Shown here: one piece after another, positions 28,245-43,191 of the stretch
Layout of the letters: each line of letters starts with the position of its first letter
How positions within the stretch are numbered: the first letter of the stretch is position 1
NCBI GenBank assembly: GCA_963734545.1
Contig: CAVTHO010000009.1
Location: 64,001-128,000, forward strand
Length of the DNA: 64,000 nucleotides
Direction: 5' to 3'
From: an uncultured Spirochaetota bacterium
GTDB lineage: Bacteria; Spirochaetota; Spirochaetia; SZUA-6; Fen-1364
The notes under the pieces: model-generated
The model's input: only the letters and a program-made list of their open reading frames with translations
The model's database searches: none
What the model was told of the DNA's origin: nothing
Made by a program: the position numbers and the translations under genes

Positions 28245-31200
28245 TCAGTCTACCGCGAGGACGCTTTCCGCGGAGGGCATCTGGGCCCGCTCGGCCTCCA
28301 GCATGGCCTTCAGCTCGCGCTCCTTGCGCTTTTCCTCGATGATCCGGTTGATGGAGATATCGAGGTCCTCCATGTTCTCGTCGTAGAGCTTGATCTCCCG
28401 GTACTTCCGCATGCCCGTCCCCGCGGGGATCAGGTGGCCGATGATGACGTTCTCCTTCAGCCCGCGCAGGTGGTCCACGCTCCCCGAGATGGACGCGTTG
28501 GTGAGGACGCGTGTCGTCTCCTGGAAGGAGGCGGCCGACAGCCACGAGTCGATGTTCAGCGACACGCGGGTGATGCCCAGCAGGATGGGCCGCGCGACCG
28601 ACGGCTGTCCGCCCTCCCGCAGGGTCTTCCTGTTCTCCTCGTGGAACTTGAACCTGTCCACCTGCTGTCCGTAGATGAACGGCGTATCTCCCACGTCCAC
28701 GATCTCCACCTTCTTCATCATCTGGCGGATGATCACGCCGATGTGCTTGTCGTTGATGCGGACGCCCTGCAGACGGTACACCTCCTGGATCTCGTTCAGG
28801 AGGTAGCTGTGCAGCTCGGTTTCCCCCAGGATCTGCAGGATGTCGTGCGGGTCCTTCGGTCCATCGCAGAGCATGTCGCCGGCGTTCACCTCGTCCGCCT
28901 CGCGCACGAGGAGGTGTTTGCCCATGGGCACCAGGTGCTTGAACTCCCGGTCGAACGGGTCGGTGACCACGATGACGCGCTTGCCCTTCACAATGCCCTT
29001 GAATGACACCCGTCCGCTGACCTTCGCCAGCACCGAGGGGTTCTTCGGCTTCCGCGCTTCGAACAGCTCGCCGACGCGCGGCAGACCGCCCGTTATGTCG
29101 CTCGTCTTGACGCTTTCCCGCAGCAGCTTGGCGATGATCCTGCCCGCCTTCACCTCCTCCCCCTCGTCCACGTTGAGATAGGCGCTCCCGGGGAGGAAAT
29201 AGGCGGCAAGCTCGGTCCCCTTGCTGTCCTCGATGGTGATTCGCGGCTGGAGGGTCTCGAGGGTGTATTCGGTGATCTTCTTCTCGATCTTGCCCGGTGT
29301 CCTCGTTGACCTCCTCCTTCAGCGTGGTGCCCAGCACGATATCGTGGAATTTCAGCACGCCGGCGGCCTCCGCGATGATGGGCTCGCTGAACGGGTCGAA
29401 GAAGGCGATTGTCTCGTCCGCGGGCACCATGTCGTTCTCTTTCGCCACGACCTCCGCGCCGTTCCTGATGTCGATGTGCTGCGGCTGCGCGATCAGCAGC
29501 AGCCGGTCGGGGAGGAGCTTCACGTAGCAGATCTCCGAGCTGGTGAGCGTCTCTCCCTTCCTCTGGATGACCGGCTCGGGCCCGTGCTTGAGCAGCCGCT
29601 GCCCGTCCTTGACCAGCAGCTTGTCGCCCTTCTGCAGCTCGTAGCTCTGCAGGATGCGGCGCACCGTGATCGTGCCCTTGCGGGTGAAGAGCATGTTGCC
29701 ATTATCGATCTTCACCATGCTGCCTTTGATCTTCTCCACGTACACGGGGTACTTGAGGAAGATCCTGTTCTCCTCGCTGATCTTGGTCGCCGCGCCGCCG
29801 ATGTGGAAGGTCCTCATCGTGAGCTGGGTGCCGGGCTGCCCGATGGACTGCGCGGCGATGATGCCGACCGCCTCGCCGATCTCGATGGGCTTGTAGGTGG
29901 CCAGGTTGCGCCCGTAACAGCGCCCGCACACCCCGTACTTCGAGTCACAGGTGAGCACGGAGCGGATGCGCACGCCCTCGATTCCCGCTTCCTCGATTGC
30001 CTGGGAAATCTCGTCGGTGATCTCCTCGTTGACGTCGACGATCAGCTCGCCCGTGATCGGGTGCTTCACCTTTTCCAGGGAGAAGCGGCCGGAGATCCGG
30101 TCGTGCAGGTGCTCGACGATATCCTCGCCGTCCTTGATCGCCTTTCTCTCGATGCCGTTGATCGTCCCGCAGTCCTCCTCGGAGATGACCACGTCCTGCG
30201 CAATGTCCACGAGCCGCCGCGTGAGATAGCCGGCGTCCGCGGTCTTGAGCGCCGTGTCGGCAAGGCCCTTGCGCGCGCCGTTCGTGGAGATGAAAAACTC
30301 GATGACCGAGAGGCCTTCCTTGAAATTCGACCTGATGGGCAGCTCGATGATGTCGCCGGAAGGCTTGGCCATGAGTCCGCGCATGCCCGCGAGCTGGCGG
30401 ATCTGGCTCCTGCTTCCGCGGGCCCCCGAATGCGCCATCATGTAGACGGGATTGAAGCCGTCGTGGTCTTTCTTCAGCTCGTCCATCAGCTCATTGGTGA
30501 TCAGCTCGTTCGTGGAGCTCCACACCTCGATGACCCGGTTGTAGCGCTCCTCGTTGGTGATGTGTCCCTGGAGGTACTGGCGCTGGATCTCGTCGACCTG
30601 GGAGTTGGCCTCCTTGATCAGGGCCTTCTTCGCGCCGGGGATGACGATGTCATCCATGCCGATGGTGGCGCCGAACAGGGTGGCGTACTTGAACCCGAGG
30701 TCCTTCACCGCATCCAGCATTCTCACCGTGACCGCCGGACCCTTGTCCTTGTAGCACTGGGCAATAAGGTTCAGAAGCTCCTTCTCACCCATGGGATAGT
30801 TGAGGAATCCGAGGTCCCGGGGAATGTTGTCATTGAGGATGATGCGCCCGGGCGTTGTCTGCACCCAGTTTCCGTCGATCTTGACCTTGACCTGCGCCTG
30901 ATAGTCCACGCCCTTGGCGTCGACCGCGAGGATGCACTCGTCCGGCGAAGAGAAATGCTTGCCCTCCCCCTTCGCCCCGGCGCGCTCACGGGTGAGGTAG
31001 TTGATCCCCAGCACCATGTCCTGGGTGGGCACCGCAATGGGGTGACCGCTGGCAGGGTTGAGGAGGTTCTTGGAGGACAGGAGCAGCGTCCAGCACTCGG
31101 TCTGGGCCTCGGGCGTCAGGGGAACGTGCACCGCCATCTGGTCGCCGTCGAAGTCGGCATTGAACGCGTGGCAGACCAGTGGATGCAGCTTGATGGCCTT

Positions 31201-32499
31201 TCCCTCGACGAGGATCGGCTCGAATGCCTGGATGCCGAGCCTGTGCAGGGTGGGGGCCCGGTTCAGCATGATGGGGTGCTCCTGCACGACCTCTTCGAGC
31301 ACGGCCCAGACCTCGGGGCTCTCCTGCTCCACGAGGGTCTTGGCCTTCTTGATGTTGTACACGACATCCTTCTGCACGAGCTTGCGCATGATGAAGGGCT
31401 TGAAGAGCTCGAGGGCCATCTTGGAGGGCAGGCCGCACTGGTGCAGCTTCAGCTCGGGGCCGACCACGATGACGGACCTTCCCGAGTAGTCCACGCGCTT
31501 TCCCAGGAGGTTCTGCCGGAATCGTCCCTGCTTTCCCTTGAGCATGTCCGAAAGGGACTTGAGGGGCCTGTTGGCCGCTCCCTTCACGACGCGCTTCTTC
31601 TTCGAGTTGTCGAAAAGGGCGTCCACCGCCTCCTGGAGCATCCGCTTCTCGTTCCTGATGATGATGTCGGGCGCGTTGAGCGCGAGCAGCCTCTTGAGCC
31701 TGTTGTTGCGGTTGATGACGCGGCGATACAGGTCATTCAGGTCCGATGTCGCGAACCGCCCGCCATCGAGCTGGACCATGGGCCGCAGCTCGGGGGGAAT
31801 CACGGGGATGACCTCGAGAATCATCCACTCGGGCTTGTTCGACGAGGCCCGGAATTTCTCGATCAGCTCGATGCGCTTCAGCAGGCGCTTGTCCGCCTTG
31901 GCGCCCTTGTCGATCATCTTCCGGCGCAGCTCTTCGGCCAGCGTGTCGCTGTCCACGGACTCGAGCAGGGTGCGGACCGCCTCGGCGCCCATGCCGGCGG
32001 TGAAGGACATGCCGTAGCGCTCGCGCGCCTCCAGGTACTCCTCCTCCGTGAGGATCTGCATCCTCTTCAGCTCGGTGTCACCCGGGTCGATGACGATGTA
32101 CTTCTCATAGAAGAGAATGGATCGGAGCGCCGCGATCTGGAGGTCGAGGAACAGCCCGATGCGGGACGGCACGGAACGGTAGTACCAGATGTGGGCCACG
32201 GGCGCGGCCAGCTCGATGTGGCCCATGCGCTCCCGGCGGACCTTGAAATGGGTGACTTCCACGCCGCAGCGGTCGCAGATCACGCCCTTGTACCGGATGG
32301 ACTTGAACTTCCCGCAGTAGCACTCCCATTCCTTGGTGGTGCCGAAGATGCGCTCGCAGAAGAGTCCGTCTTTTTCCGGCCGGAGGGTCCGATAGTTGAT
32401 GGTTTCGGGCTTCTTCACCTCGCCGTATGACCATGCCCGGACCTGGTCCGGAGACGCAAGCTTGATGTTTATGTGATCGAAATCCTGGAGATTTCTCAT
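28245..32499 (-). CDS. rpoC: RNA polymerase beta' subunit; apparent 1-nt indel near 29294
   Basis: NADFDGDQM catalytic motif, [10 protein letters not shown] and TQLTMRTFH; C-terminal DITGGLPRV and SAASFQETT lie in the second frame. Confidence 0.98.
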
Positions 32500-32520
32500 T
32501 CGTGCCTCCGTGCTCAGGGC

Positions 32521-36018
<3,498 letters not shown>

Positions 36019-36032
36019 TCAGCCCCCCTCAC

Positions 36033-36078
36033 AATGAACCGACCACCGGGGACACGTCTCCCCGGCGGTTCGGTCATG
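36033..36078 (-). terminator. Long hairpin in the rplL-rpoB spacer (attenuator or processing-site candidate)
   Basis: Imperfect inverted repeat atgaaccgaccaccgggga...tccccggcggttcggtcat. Confidence 0.45.
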
Positions 36079-36147
36079 AGTCGACAACTTGCGCGGGTGA
36101 ATCCCGCTGCTTTCACGGCGCGTGATGCGCCACTGTGTGCGCGTGCG

Positions 36148-36531
36148 CTATTGAATCTCAACAACCCCGCCAGCCGCTTCGAGCTGCTGCTTGATTTTCG
36201 CGGCTTCTTCCTTGGAGACGTTCTCCTTGAGGGTCTTGCCGCCCGCCTCCACCATGTCCTTTGCTTCTTTCAGGCCCAGCCCGGTAATGGCCCGGACCTC
36301 CTTGATGACGGGGATCTTTTTCGCCTCGTCATAGCTCTTGAGAACAACGGTGAACTCCGTCTGTTCCTCGGCCGCGGGCGCGGCCGCTGCGGCGGGCCCC
36401 GCCGCCATGGCCATGGGTGCCGCCGCGGTGACACCGAACTTTTCCTCCATAGCCTTGACGAGCTCGGAGACTTCGAGGACCGTCATCGAGGAAATCGAAT
36501 CGAGAATCTGCTCCTTGGTCATAGCTGCCAT
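36148..36531 (-). CDS. rplL: 50S ribosomal protein L7/L12
   Basis: [11 protein letters not shown] and [12 protein letters not shown]. Confidence 0.98.
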   Translation of the reverse strand: MAAMTKEQILDSISSMTVLEVSELVKAMEEKFGVTAAAPMAMAAGPAAAAAPAAEEQTEFTVVLKSYDEAKKIPVIKEVRAITGLGLKEAKDMVEAGGKTLKENVSKEEAAKIKQQLEAAGGVVEIQ

Positions 36532-36597
36532 TTATCTTCCTCCTTGTGTGGATTTTTCCGAGCGAACCAGCTGGCTGAGCTGAGAAGACTGGTATCG

Positions 36598-37140
36598 CTA
36601 ATGTGCTTCTTTTCCCTTCTTGTCGGCAACCGCCGCCAGCGTGCGCACGAGCTTGGACGCCACGCCGTTCATCGCGTACATCATGTTGCGGATGGGCGCG
36701 TTCATCGTGCCCATGAGCATTGCCAGGAGCTCCAGACGGCCGGGCAGCCGGGAGAGCGCCTCGATATCCTTGGAGCTGAACAGCTTGCCGTCGATCACGC
36801 CGCCCTTGATCGTGAGCGGGGCGGTCTTCATGAAGTCGATCATGACCTTTGCCGCCGGGCTGGGGTCCTTGCCGAGGAACGCAAGAGCGGTGGGCCCCTC
36901 GAGCATCGCCGATGCGTCCGGCAGTCCCGCGTCCTTCATGGCAATCCGCGCGAACGTGTTGCGCACCACGCGGTAGGCGGCGCGCTTGTCGGTGAGCTTT
37001 GCACGCAGCTCGGTCATCTGGGGAAACGTGAGCCCGCGAAAGTCCGAGAATATCAGGTCCGGGGCCGCGGTGAACTGCTCTTTCAGCTTCGTGACCGCGT
37101 CCACCTTGTACTGCTGTACCTTCTTTGCCGTTTGTGCCAT
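36598..37140 (-). CDS. rplJ: 50S ribosomal protein L10
   Basis: DFRGLT, VVRNTFARIA, GPTA and LSRLPGR. Confidence 0.97.
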   Translation of the reverse strand: MAQTAKKVQQYKVDAVTKLKEQFTAAPDLIFSDFRGLTFPQMTELRAKLTDKRAAYRVVRNTFARIAMKDAGLPDASAMLEGPTALAFLGKDPSPAAKVMIDFMKTAPLTIKGGVIDGKLFSSKDIEALSRLPGRLELLAMLMGTMNAPIRNMMYAMNGVASKLVRTLAAVADKKGKEAH

Positions 37141-37154
37141 TTCGTGTGCGCTCC

Positions 37155-37844
37155 TTACGCGACGAACGCCTTGTCCTTGGGGGACAAGCGTATGCCGGGG
37201 CCCATGGTGGAGGAGAGCACGATGGACTGCACGTAGTCTCCCTTGAGATCCGATGGCCTCTTGCGGACCACCTCCTGGATGAATGCGGTCGCGTTGGCGG
37301 CGATCTGGTCCTTGCCCATGGAGAGCTTGGCCACCGCGAGGTGCACCACCCCGCCCTTGTCCGCCCTGAACTCCACGCGGCCCTTCTTCAGCTCATCAAG
37401 AGCTTCCTTGATGTTGAACGTCACCGTCTGCGTCTTCGGGTTGGGCATGAGCCCGCGGCGGCCCAGGATCTGCCCGAGCTTGCCGACGTCCTTCATCATG
37501 TCGGGCGTGGCCACGGCGATGTCGAAGTCCAGCCACCCGCCCTTGATCTTCTCTATCAGGTCGGCGTCACCGACGTACGCGGCTCCCGCCTTGCGCGCCT
37601 CCTCGGCCTTGTCGCCTTTTGCGAACACAAGAATCCGCTTGTCCTTGCCGAAGAGGTGCGGCAGCGCCATCACGTCCCGGATGGTGTGCTTGCTCTTGAT
37701 GTTCAGCTTCATCGAGACTTCCACCGTCTCGTCGAACTTCGCATACGCGAGCTCTTTGACCAGGTCCACCGCCTTCTCCAGCGGGTAGGTCTCGGCGTGG
37801 TCGTACTTCTCCACAGATGCCCTGTATTTCTTTCCGTGCGCCAT
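37155..37844 (-). CDS. rplA: 50S ribosomal protein L1
   Basis: AKFDETVE, GLMPNPK and SSTMGPG. Confidence 0.98.
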   Translation of the reverse strand: MAHGKKYRASVEKYDHAETYPLEKAVDLVKELAYAKFDETVEVSMKLNIKSKHTIRDVMALPHLFGKDKRILVFAKGDKAEEARKAGAAYVGDADLIEKIKGGWLDFDIAVATPDMMKDVGKLGQILGRRGLMPNPKTQTVTFNIKEALDELKKGRVEFRADKGGVVHLAVAKLSMGKDQIAANATAFIQEVVRKRPSDLKGDYVQSIVLSSTMGPGIRLSPKDKAFVA

Positions 37845-37847
37845 GGC

Positions 37848-38279
37848 CTAGCCCTCCACCGTCACGCCCATGCTCCGGGCGGTTCCCGCAATGATCTTCA
37901 TTGCGGCCTCCACGTCCTTCGCGGTGAGGTCCGGCATCTTCTGCTCGGCGATTGCCTTCAGCTTGTCCCGGGTGAGGACGCCCACCTTGGTCTTGTTCGG
38001 CTCTCCGCTGCCCTTCTCGAGGCCGAGCGCCTTCTTGATGAGAACCGCCGCGGGAGGAGTCTTGGTGACGAAGGTGAAGCTCTTGTCCGTGTAGATCGTG
38101 ATGACCACCGGAATGAGCACGCCTTCTTCCTGCTTGCGCGTCCTCTCATTGAACTGCTGGCAGAACTGCGCGGCCTGCACGCCGTGCGGCCCCAGCGCCG
38201 GTCCGACCGGGGGCGCCGGGGTGGCCTTGCCCGCCGGCACCTGCAGCTTGACCAGTGCCTTGACTGTCTTTTTCGCCAT
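37848..38279 (-). CDS. rplK: 50S ribosomal protein L11
   Basis: [12 protein letters not shown] and IAGTARSMG. Confidence 0.98.
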   Translation of the reverse strand: MAKKTVKALVKLQVPAGKATPAPPVGPALGPHGVQAAQFCQQFNERTRKQEEGVLIPVVITIYTDKSFTFVTKTPPAAVLIKKALGLEKGSGEPNKTKVGVLTRDKLKAIAEQKMPDLTAKDVEAAMKIIAGTARSMGVTVEG

Positions 38280-38294
38280 ATTGCCTTTACCTCC

Positions 38295-38331
38295 GTGGTC
38301 CTATCGCCCTCCGCACGGGGAGAGCTCCCAT
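38295..38331 (-). promoter_or_regulatory. Putative L1-responsive leader upstream of rplK
   Basis: Minus strand UGGGAG-stem-loop-GACCAC immediately before the GGAGG SD, resembling L1-binding mRNA motifs. Confidence 0.45.
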
Positions 38332-38386
38332 TCGGGACACCGCCGCGCGCGACGCGCCGAGGCCGTGCCCCATGAGGGTTCGTATG

Positions 38387-38940
38387 TCAAATCTTCTCCA
38401 CCTGGAGAAAATCCACCTCGACCGGTGTCGACCGGCCGAATATTCCCACCATCACACGGAGCTTGCCCTTCTCCGTGTTTACCTCTTCGATGCTTCCCGT
38501 GAAGGAATCGAACGGACCGTCGATGATCCGCACCATCTCTCCCATCGAGAAGCTCTGCCGCGGCTTGAGAACACGGTCCGCCTTGATCTCGCCCGCCTTC
38601 TGGAGTATCCCGCGCGCCTCGTCCTGGGAGATGGGCTGTGGCTTCTGATTGCGGTTGGACCCCACGAAACCCGTGACACCGGGGATCTTGCGGATCTCCT
38701 GGCAGACCTCTTTCCACCCGGGTCCGGAAGGTCCATTTCCACCATGATGTAGCCGGGAAGGAACTTCTTGGTGGACACCTTTTTGTGCCCGTCCTTGATC
38801 TCGACGACCTCTTCCGAGGGCACCTTCACGTCGAAGACGTGGTCCTTGAGCGTTCCCTTGTCGACGAGCATGCGCACGTGCTTCTGGACCTTGTTCTCAT
38901 ACCCGGAATAGGTATGCACGACATACCACGCCTTTGACAT
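38387..38940 (-). CDS. nusG: Transcription elongation factor NusG; apparent indel near 38718
   Basis: WYVVHTYSGYENKV and FLPGY; KOW part IIDGPF...IFGRSTPVEVDF in the second frame. Confidence 0.97.
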
Positions 38941-38952
38941 GCCGCCTCTTGC

Positions 38953-39133
38953 CTAAAAGATCCAGTCAACGAGCTTGAAGAGGATGAAGTCCACCGCCCC
39001 GAGCATGAGCGCAATGAGGATCGTGGAGACCAGGACCACCCTCGTGGACGCGAGGGCCTCCTCCCGGCTGGGCCATGTCACCTTCTTGAGCTCCGCGTAG
39101 CTTTCCTGAAAGAACGAAATAATTCTTCTTCAT
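38953..39133 (-). CDS. secE: Preprotein translocase SecE; apparent extra A near 39123
   Basis: Corrected frame MKKIISFFQESYAELKKVTWPSREE plus a TM helix; located between tRNA-Trp and nusG. Confidence 0.93.
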
Positions 39134-39166
39134 GTCCTCCGTCCCTCGGATGTCCCTTTCCCCATT

Positions 39167-39239
39167 CAGGCCAGGCAGGACTCGAACCCGCAACATCCGG
39201 TTTTGGAGACCGGCGCTCTACCATTAGAGCTACTGGCCT
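39167..39239 (-). tRNA. trnW: tRNA-Trp (CCA)
   Basis: Cloverleaf AGGCCAG...CCGGT-CTCCAAA-ACCGG...TTCGAGT...CTGGCCT; 3' CCA not encoded. Confidence 0.97.
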
Positions 39240-39285
39240 ATGCACTCGCACCTGCGTTGTCGCTGTCCCTCGCCGTAGAAAAGCC

Positions 39286-39462
39286 TTACTTTACCTTCAC
39301 TTCCTTGTGGAGAGTGTGCTTCCTGTCCCACCGGCAGTACTTGGTGAACTCCAGCTTGCCCTGGGTATTCTTGCGATTCTTCGTCGTGGTGTAGTTCCGC
39401 CGATCGCACTCGCTGCACTGCAAGGCGACAAGCTCCTGGTTCTTCGCTTTACCTTTGGCCAT
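39286..39462 (-). CDS. rpmG: 50S ribosomal protein L33 (58 aa, not in the ORF track)
   Basis: [58 protein letters not shown]. Confidence 0.96.
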   Translation of the reverse strand: MAKGKAKNQELVALQCSECDRRNYTTTKNRKNTQGKLEFTKYCRWDRKHTLHKEVKVK

Positions 39463-39496
39463 CGGGATCTCCCTGGAGTGAGTACCGCCACGGCGC

Positions 39497-39512
39497 GCAC
39501 GGTACCCCGCGC
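39497..39512. repeat. Single module D hairpin in the rpmG leader
   Basis: gcacgg-tacc-ccgcgc. Confidence 0.75.
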
Positions 39513-39540
39513 GATTTACGTGGCATTCGTATGGAGCGCA

Positions 39541-39568
39541 AATTTACAATGTGCCCCATTTGTGTCAA
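39541..39568 (-). promoter_or_regulatory. sigma70-type promoter for rpmG-trnW-secE-nusG
   Basis: Minus strand TTGACA-N16-TAAATT. Confidence 0.6.
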
Positions 39569-39633
39569 GTGGTACGAGAATCAAGCAGTTGTCCGGACCG
39601 GCGCGATCCCTTCCATCGCGCAGGCCTGTGTCG

Positions 39634-39706
39634 AGCCCTCGACCGGATTTGAACCGGTGACCCCGTCCTTACCAAGGACGTGCTCTACCAACTGAGCTAC
39701 AAGGGC
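39634..39706 (-). tRNA. trnT: tRNA-Thr (GGT)
   Basis: Cloverleaf GCCCTTG...CGTCC-TTGGTAA-GGACG...TTCAAAT...CGAGGGC. Confidence 0.97.
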
Positions 39707-39730
39707 GTAGCCATATCCCCGATGGCCGGC

Positions 39731-39760
39731 ATCCTACCAAACCCCCCGAGCGGGCGTCAA
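39731..39760 (-). promoter_or_regulatory. tRNA-Thr promoter with GC-rich discriminator
   Basis: TTGACG-N18-TAGGAT with an extended -10 TG, followed by GCCGGCC. Confidence 0.7.
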
Positions 39761-39904
39761 GACACGACCGCCCTTCCCCAAAAACTCCAGGCCCTCACGC
39801 CGCAATGGCGAAAACAGGGAATTTAGAAGTGACACTTCTGAATTCCCCAAAATCGCCAGGTTTTCGGTGTCCTTCCCAAACCTGTCTTGACAACCCTCTC
39901 GTTC

Positions 39905-40441
39905 TCACTCCCCTTCGCGTCTGAAGAACAGCAGAAGGGATTGGCCGTATTCTCTCCGATCGGTGAGGACCAGGCCCGGCCTCTCGGTAGGGAGCTTCTC
40001 TGCCCGGTGCAGGTGCATGATCGCGAGGCCTCCCGGGGAGAGGTGGGGAGCGGCGCATGCCTGATCCAGAGCAGCGGCCTTGCCCTCGAAATCAAATGGG
40101 GGATCGAGGAAAACGATGTCCCAGGACCGCTGATTCGTCTTCAGAAACCTCTCCACCGGAGCAACGACGAGGTCGATTTGACTTTGCACGAATCTGATGT
40201 TTTTCAGTATCGTCGGCTTCTTCCTCGGGTCCTTCTCCACGAGGAGCACCGGATCAGCGCCTCGGGAGGCTGCCTCCACCCCGAGAATACCGGTGCCGCT
40301 GAACAGGTCCAGAAACGAGATTCCTTCCAGGTCGCCCAGGATGGAGAAAAGGGACTGCCTCATCCGATCCATGGACGGCCTGATCACTCCCGGCGGGCAG
40401 AGTATGGTGCGCCCCCGGTAGATGCCGCCGGTTATCCGCAC
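39905..40441 (-). CDS. rsmD: 16S rRNA m2G966 methyltransferase
   Basis: MRITGG.YRGR, LDLFSGTG and VFLDPPF. Confidence 0.93.
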   Translation of the reverse strand: MRITGGIYRGRTILCPPGVIRPSMDRMRQSLFSILGDLEGISFLDLFSGTGILGVEAASRGADPVLLVEKDPRKKPTILKNIRFVQSQIDLVVAPVERFLKTNQRSWDIVFLDPPFDFEGKAAALDQACAAPHLSPGGLAIMHLHRAEKLPTERPGLVLTDRREYGQSLLLFFRREGE

Positions 40442-40442
40442 C

Positions 40443-42525
40443 TCATCCCCCCTCGAGCACGCTTTCGAACCGGGTGATCCACGGAGCAGGCACCGTCCCC
40501 GCCAGCACCCTGCCTATGATTGCATGGGCAGGCAGCAGAAAGCCGGAATCCTCCGCCAGGAGACGAATCGCATCGTCCCTCGCCTGCAGCAGCAGGGGCC
40601 CGTGCACGAGGAGATCCGCGACCTGGAAGCTCAGAAATCCGGTTTGCCGCACGCCGAGAAGCTCGCCGGGTCCGCGGAGCTGCATGTCCTTCTCCGCTAT
40701 CCGGAATCCGTCGGTGGTCTCTTTCATGATCTTCAGCCTTTCAATCCCTTCATCGGTGAGCTTCGTGCCGTACACGAGGAACGCATAGGACTGGTCCGGG
40801 CCGCGCCCCACCCTGCCGCGAAGCTGGTGCAGGGTGGAGAGCCCGAAGCGCTCCGCGTGCTCGACGACCATGCACGTGGCGTTGGCCACGTCCACGCCCA
40901 CCTCCACGACGCTCGTGGCGACAAGGACCTTCAGTGTGCCTCCGGCAAACCCCGCCATTGCGCGCTCCATTTCTTCTTCCGGCACGCGCGAATGGATCAG
41001 GGCCACGGGGAGGTCCGGAAAGACCTTTTCTTTCAATTCACGGTAGGCGGATTCCGCGTCCTTCACGGCGAGGGCGCCGGACTCCTCGATGAGCGGGTAC
41101 ACGAAATAGGCCTGCCTGCCCTTTTCGAGCTCCTCCCGCACCCGACGGTAGACTTTCTCCTCGTTGCCCTCCCGGGCAAGGTGCGTGACCACGGGCTTCC
41201 GCCCGGCCGGGCATGGTCCTGATGGAAGAAACATCCAGGTCTCCGAAAGCGGTAAGAGCCAGTGTCCGCGGGATCGGGGTTGCCGTCATGAGCAGGAGGT
41301 CCGGTGCCTCTCCCTTCCTGAGAAGCGCCTGCCTTTGCAGAACGCCGAACTTGTGCTGCTCGTCCACGATCACGAGCCCCAGAGCGCGAAAGGCCACCTC
41401 CTCGGAAAACAGCGCGTGCGTGCCAAAGAGCAGGTCCACCTCTCCGGCTTTCAAGGCGGCCAGGAGAAGCGCGCGCGGCTCGCCCGTCACGGACCCGGAG
41501 AGGAAAGCGATTCTGACTCCGAGCGGCTCGAGAAGCCTCGCCGCGTTCTCCGCGTGCTGCCGGGCCAGAAGCTCGGTCGGCGCCAGGAATGCCGCCTGCT
41601 CGCCGCCTGCCGTGACCAGCAGCGCGGAGAGCAGCGCAACCAGGGTCTTGCCGCATCCCACGTCTCCCTGCAGCAGCCGCGCCATGGGGACGGCCGAAGA
41701 GAGATCCGCCTCGATCTCCCCCATGACGGCTGCCTGGTCACTGGTAAGGGCAAAGGGGAGCCGGCTGATGAGCGCGTCGCGCATCCCGGGGCCGAGGGCG
41801 CGCTTCCTCGGCCGGCGCGCTGCAAGGGCCCGCTTGCGCCGGAGGACCGCGATCTCGAAATAGAAGAGCTCTTCGTAGGCGAGCGCGCTGCGATATCTCT
41901 GCGCCGCCTCCACGCTCGGGGGAAAATGAACGCCGCCAAGGGTTTCCCGGGGACCGGGAAGCGCCCGGTCCCTCAGAAGAGACTCGGGAAGACTCGGCTC
42001 GATGGAGGGAAGCACGGACGCCAGCGCGTGCTCGACGATCCTGCGCATGGCGGTCTGTGTGAGACCTTCCGTGAGAGGATAAACGGGAAGGATCCTGCCG
42101 AAACCAGCGGGGCGTTCGCTCCATGGCTCCAGCTCGAAGTCGGAGCACTCGAGCTCTCCCCTCCTGAGCCGGAAGCTTCCCCAGATGAAGAACCGCGCGC
42201 CCGGCTGGAGCACGCTGCGAAGAAAGGGCCTGCCAAAGCACAGGAGAACCGCTTCGACGGTTCCGTCGGAAACAACCGCCTTCGGCGTCCGCCGGGCCCC
42301 CCAGCCGACGTCGGTCGTCGATACAACGGTCGCCACCACGCACACCTTGTCCACTCCGGCGGCGCGCGAGAGGGGAATCGTGGTCGAGCGATCCTCGTAT
42401 GCGCGGGGCAGAAGGAGCAGAAGATCCCGCACCGTCGAGACGCCGAGCCGCTGCAGGCGCTCGGCAAAACGCGGCCCCACGCCGCGCAGGGAGGAGATGC
42501 TCTGGGTCAGCTCGCCAAGGAACAC
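40443..42525 (-). CDS. recG: ATP-dependent DNA helicase RecG; apparent indel near 41210
   Basis: RLLQGDVGCGKT, DEQHKFG and MTATPIPRTL; second frame has ERFGLSTLHQLRGRVGRG and DGFRIAEKDMQLRGPG. Confidence 0.96.
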
Positions 42526-42554
42526 GGGGGTGCTCCGTGTGGCTCCCGTCCCCG

Positions 42555-43142
42555 TCAGATGGGAAGCATCTGAAAAGCGAAGACTATGTAGTGCACAACG
42601 GCCTCACCGAAGAGCCACGCAACAAGAAGGAGGCCTATGGTAAGGAGCAGGTGCTGGGTATAGCCTGAGCCCCGGCCCAGCCTGAAGAGCTTCGTCACCC
42701 ACGCGACGATCGGCTGTATGATGGTGTCCGCCACTTTCCAGATCGCGGATCCGGCCGGTGAGCGGAGCAGAAACGGTATGATCCGCAGCACGCCGACGAT
42801 GAGGAACAACAGCAGGATGAACCGCGCGCCCGACCATGCCGCGGAGAACACGGAGGCGAGGAAGAAGCCGAGCGTGATGCGGCCGTAGTACAGAAGCTGG
42901 TTCACCAGATCGAGGACAACGACGAGGCCGAGGATCGCTGCCAGGGGCGAGAAATCGAAGAGACTGCCGCGGAGGAATCGGATGCGGCTGAAGAGGTCGA
43001 GGTACGGATCGGTGGCGCCTGCAAGCAGGTTCCATGCTTTTCCCAGCGCCCGGGGTGCGAACCAGCCAAGGACGATCCGAAGGGAAAGAATGAAGAGATA
43101 CGCGATCAGGACAACGTTGATGATGGTGAGAGCAATCAGCAC
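42555..43142 (-). CDS. yggT: YggT family membrane protein
   Basis: LRIVLGWF, ATDPYL and DFSPLAAIL; hydrophobic; SD before GTG 43142. Confidence 0.8.
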   Translation of the reverse strand: MLIALTIINVVLIAYLFILSLRIVLGWFAPRALGKAWNLLAGATDPYLDLFSRIRFLRGSLFDFSPLAAILGLVVVLDLVNQLLYYGRITLGFFLASVFSAAWSGARFILLLFLIVGVLRIIPFLLRSPAGSAIWKVADTIIQPIVAWVTKLFRLGRGSGYTQHLLLTIGLLLVAWLFGEAVVHYIVFAFQMLPI

Positions 43143-43191
43143 GAAAGGCCTCCTCAAGTGTGGCGGCACGAGCGCACGGGCGCCCGGCGCG

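Noticed and set aside
29171-29300. Split or pseudogenised rpoC, or programmed frameshifting (likewise nusG, secE, recG, ptsI, tlyA and the ABC genes)
   Set aside because: Single-base indels, mostly in short homopolymers, restore full-length proteins. Several of the genes are essential and no slippery-site or pseudoknot signals are evident, so sequencing error is far more likely.
25048-32430. Long plus-strand ORFs antisense to fusA and rpoC (and similarly rpoB, dnaE and others)
   Set aside because: Shadow ORFs expected from high-GC codon bias; no recognisable motifs or start signals.
39701-39713. 13-nt match AAGGGCGTAGCCA between the tRNA-Thr 5' boundary and 3481-3493, as a possible att site
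   Set aside because: Short, at the tRNA 5' end rather than the 3' end, no integrase, and the enclosed DNA is core housekeeping genes.
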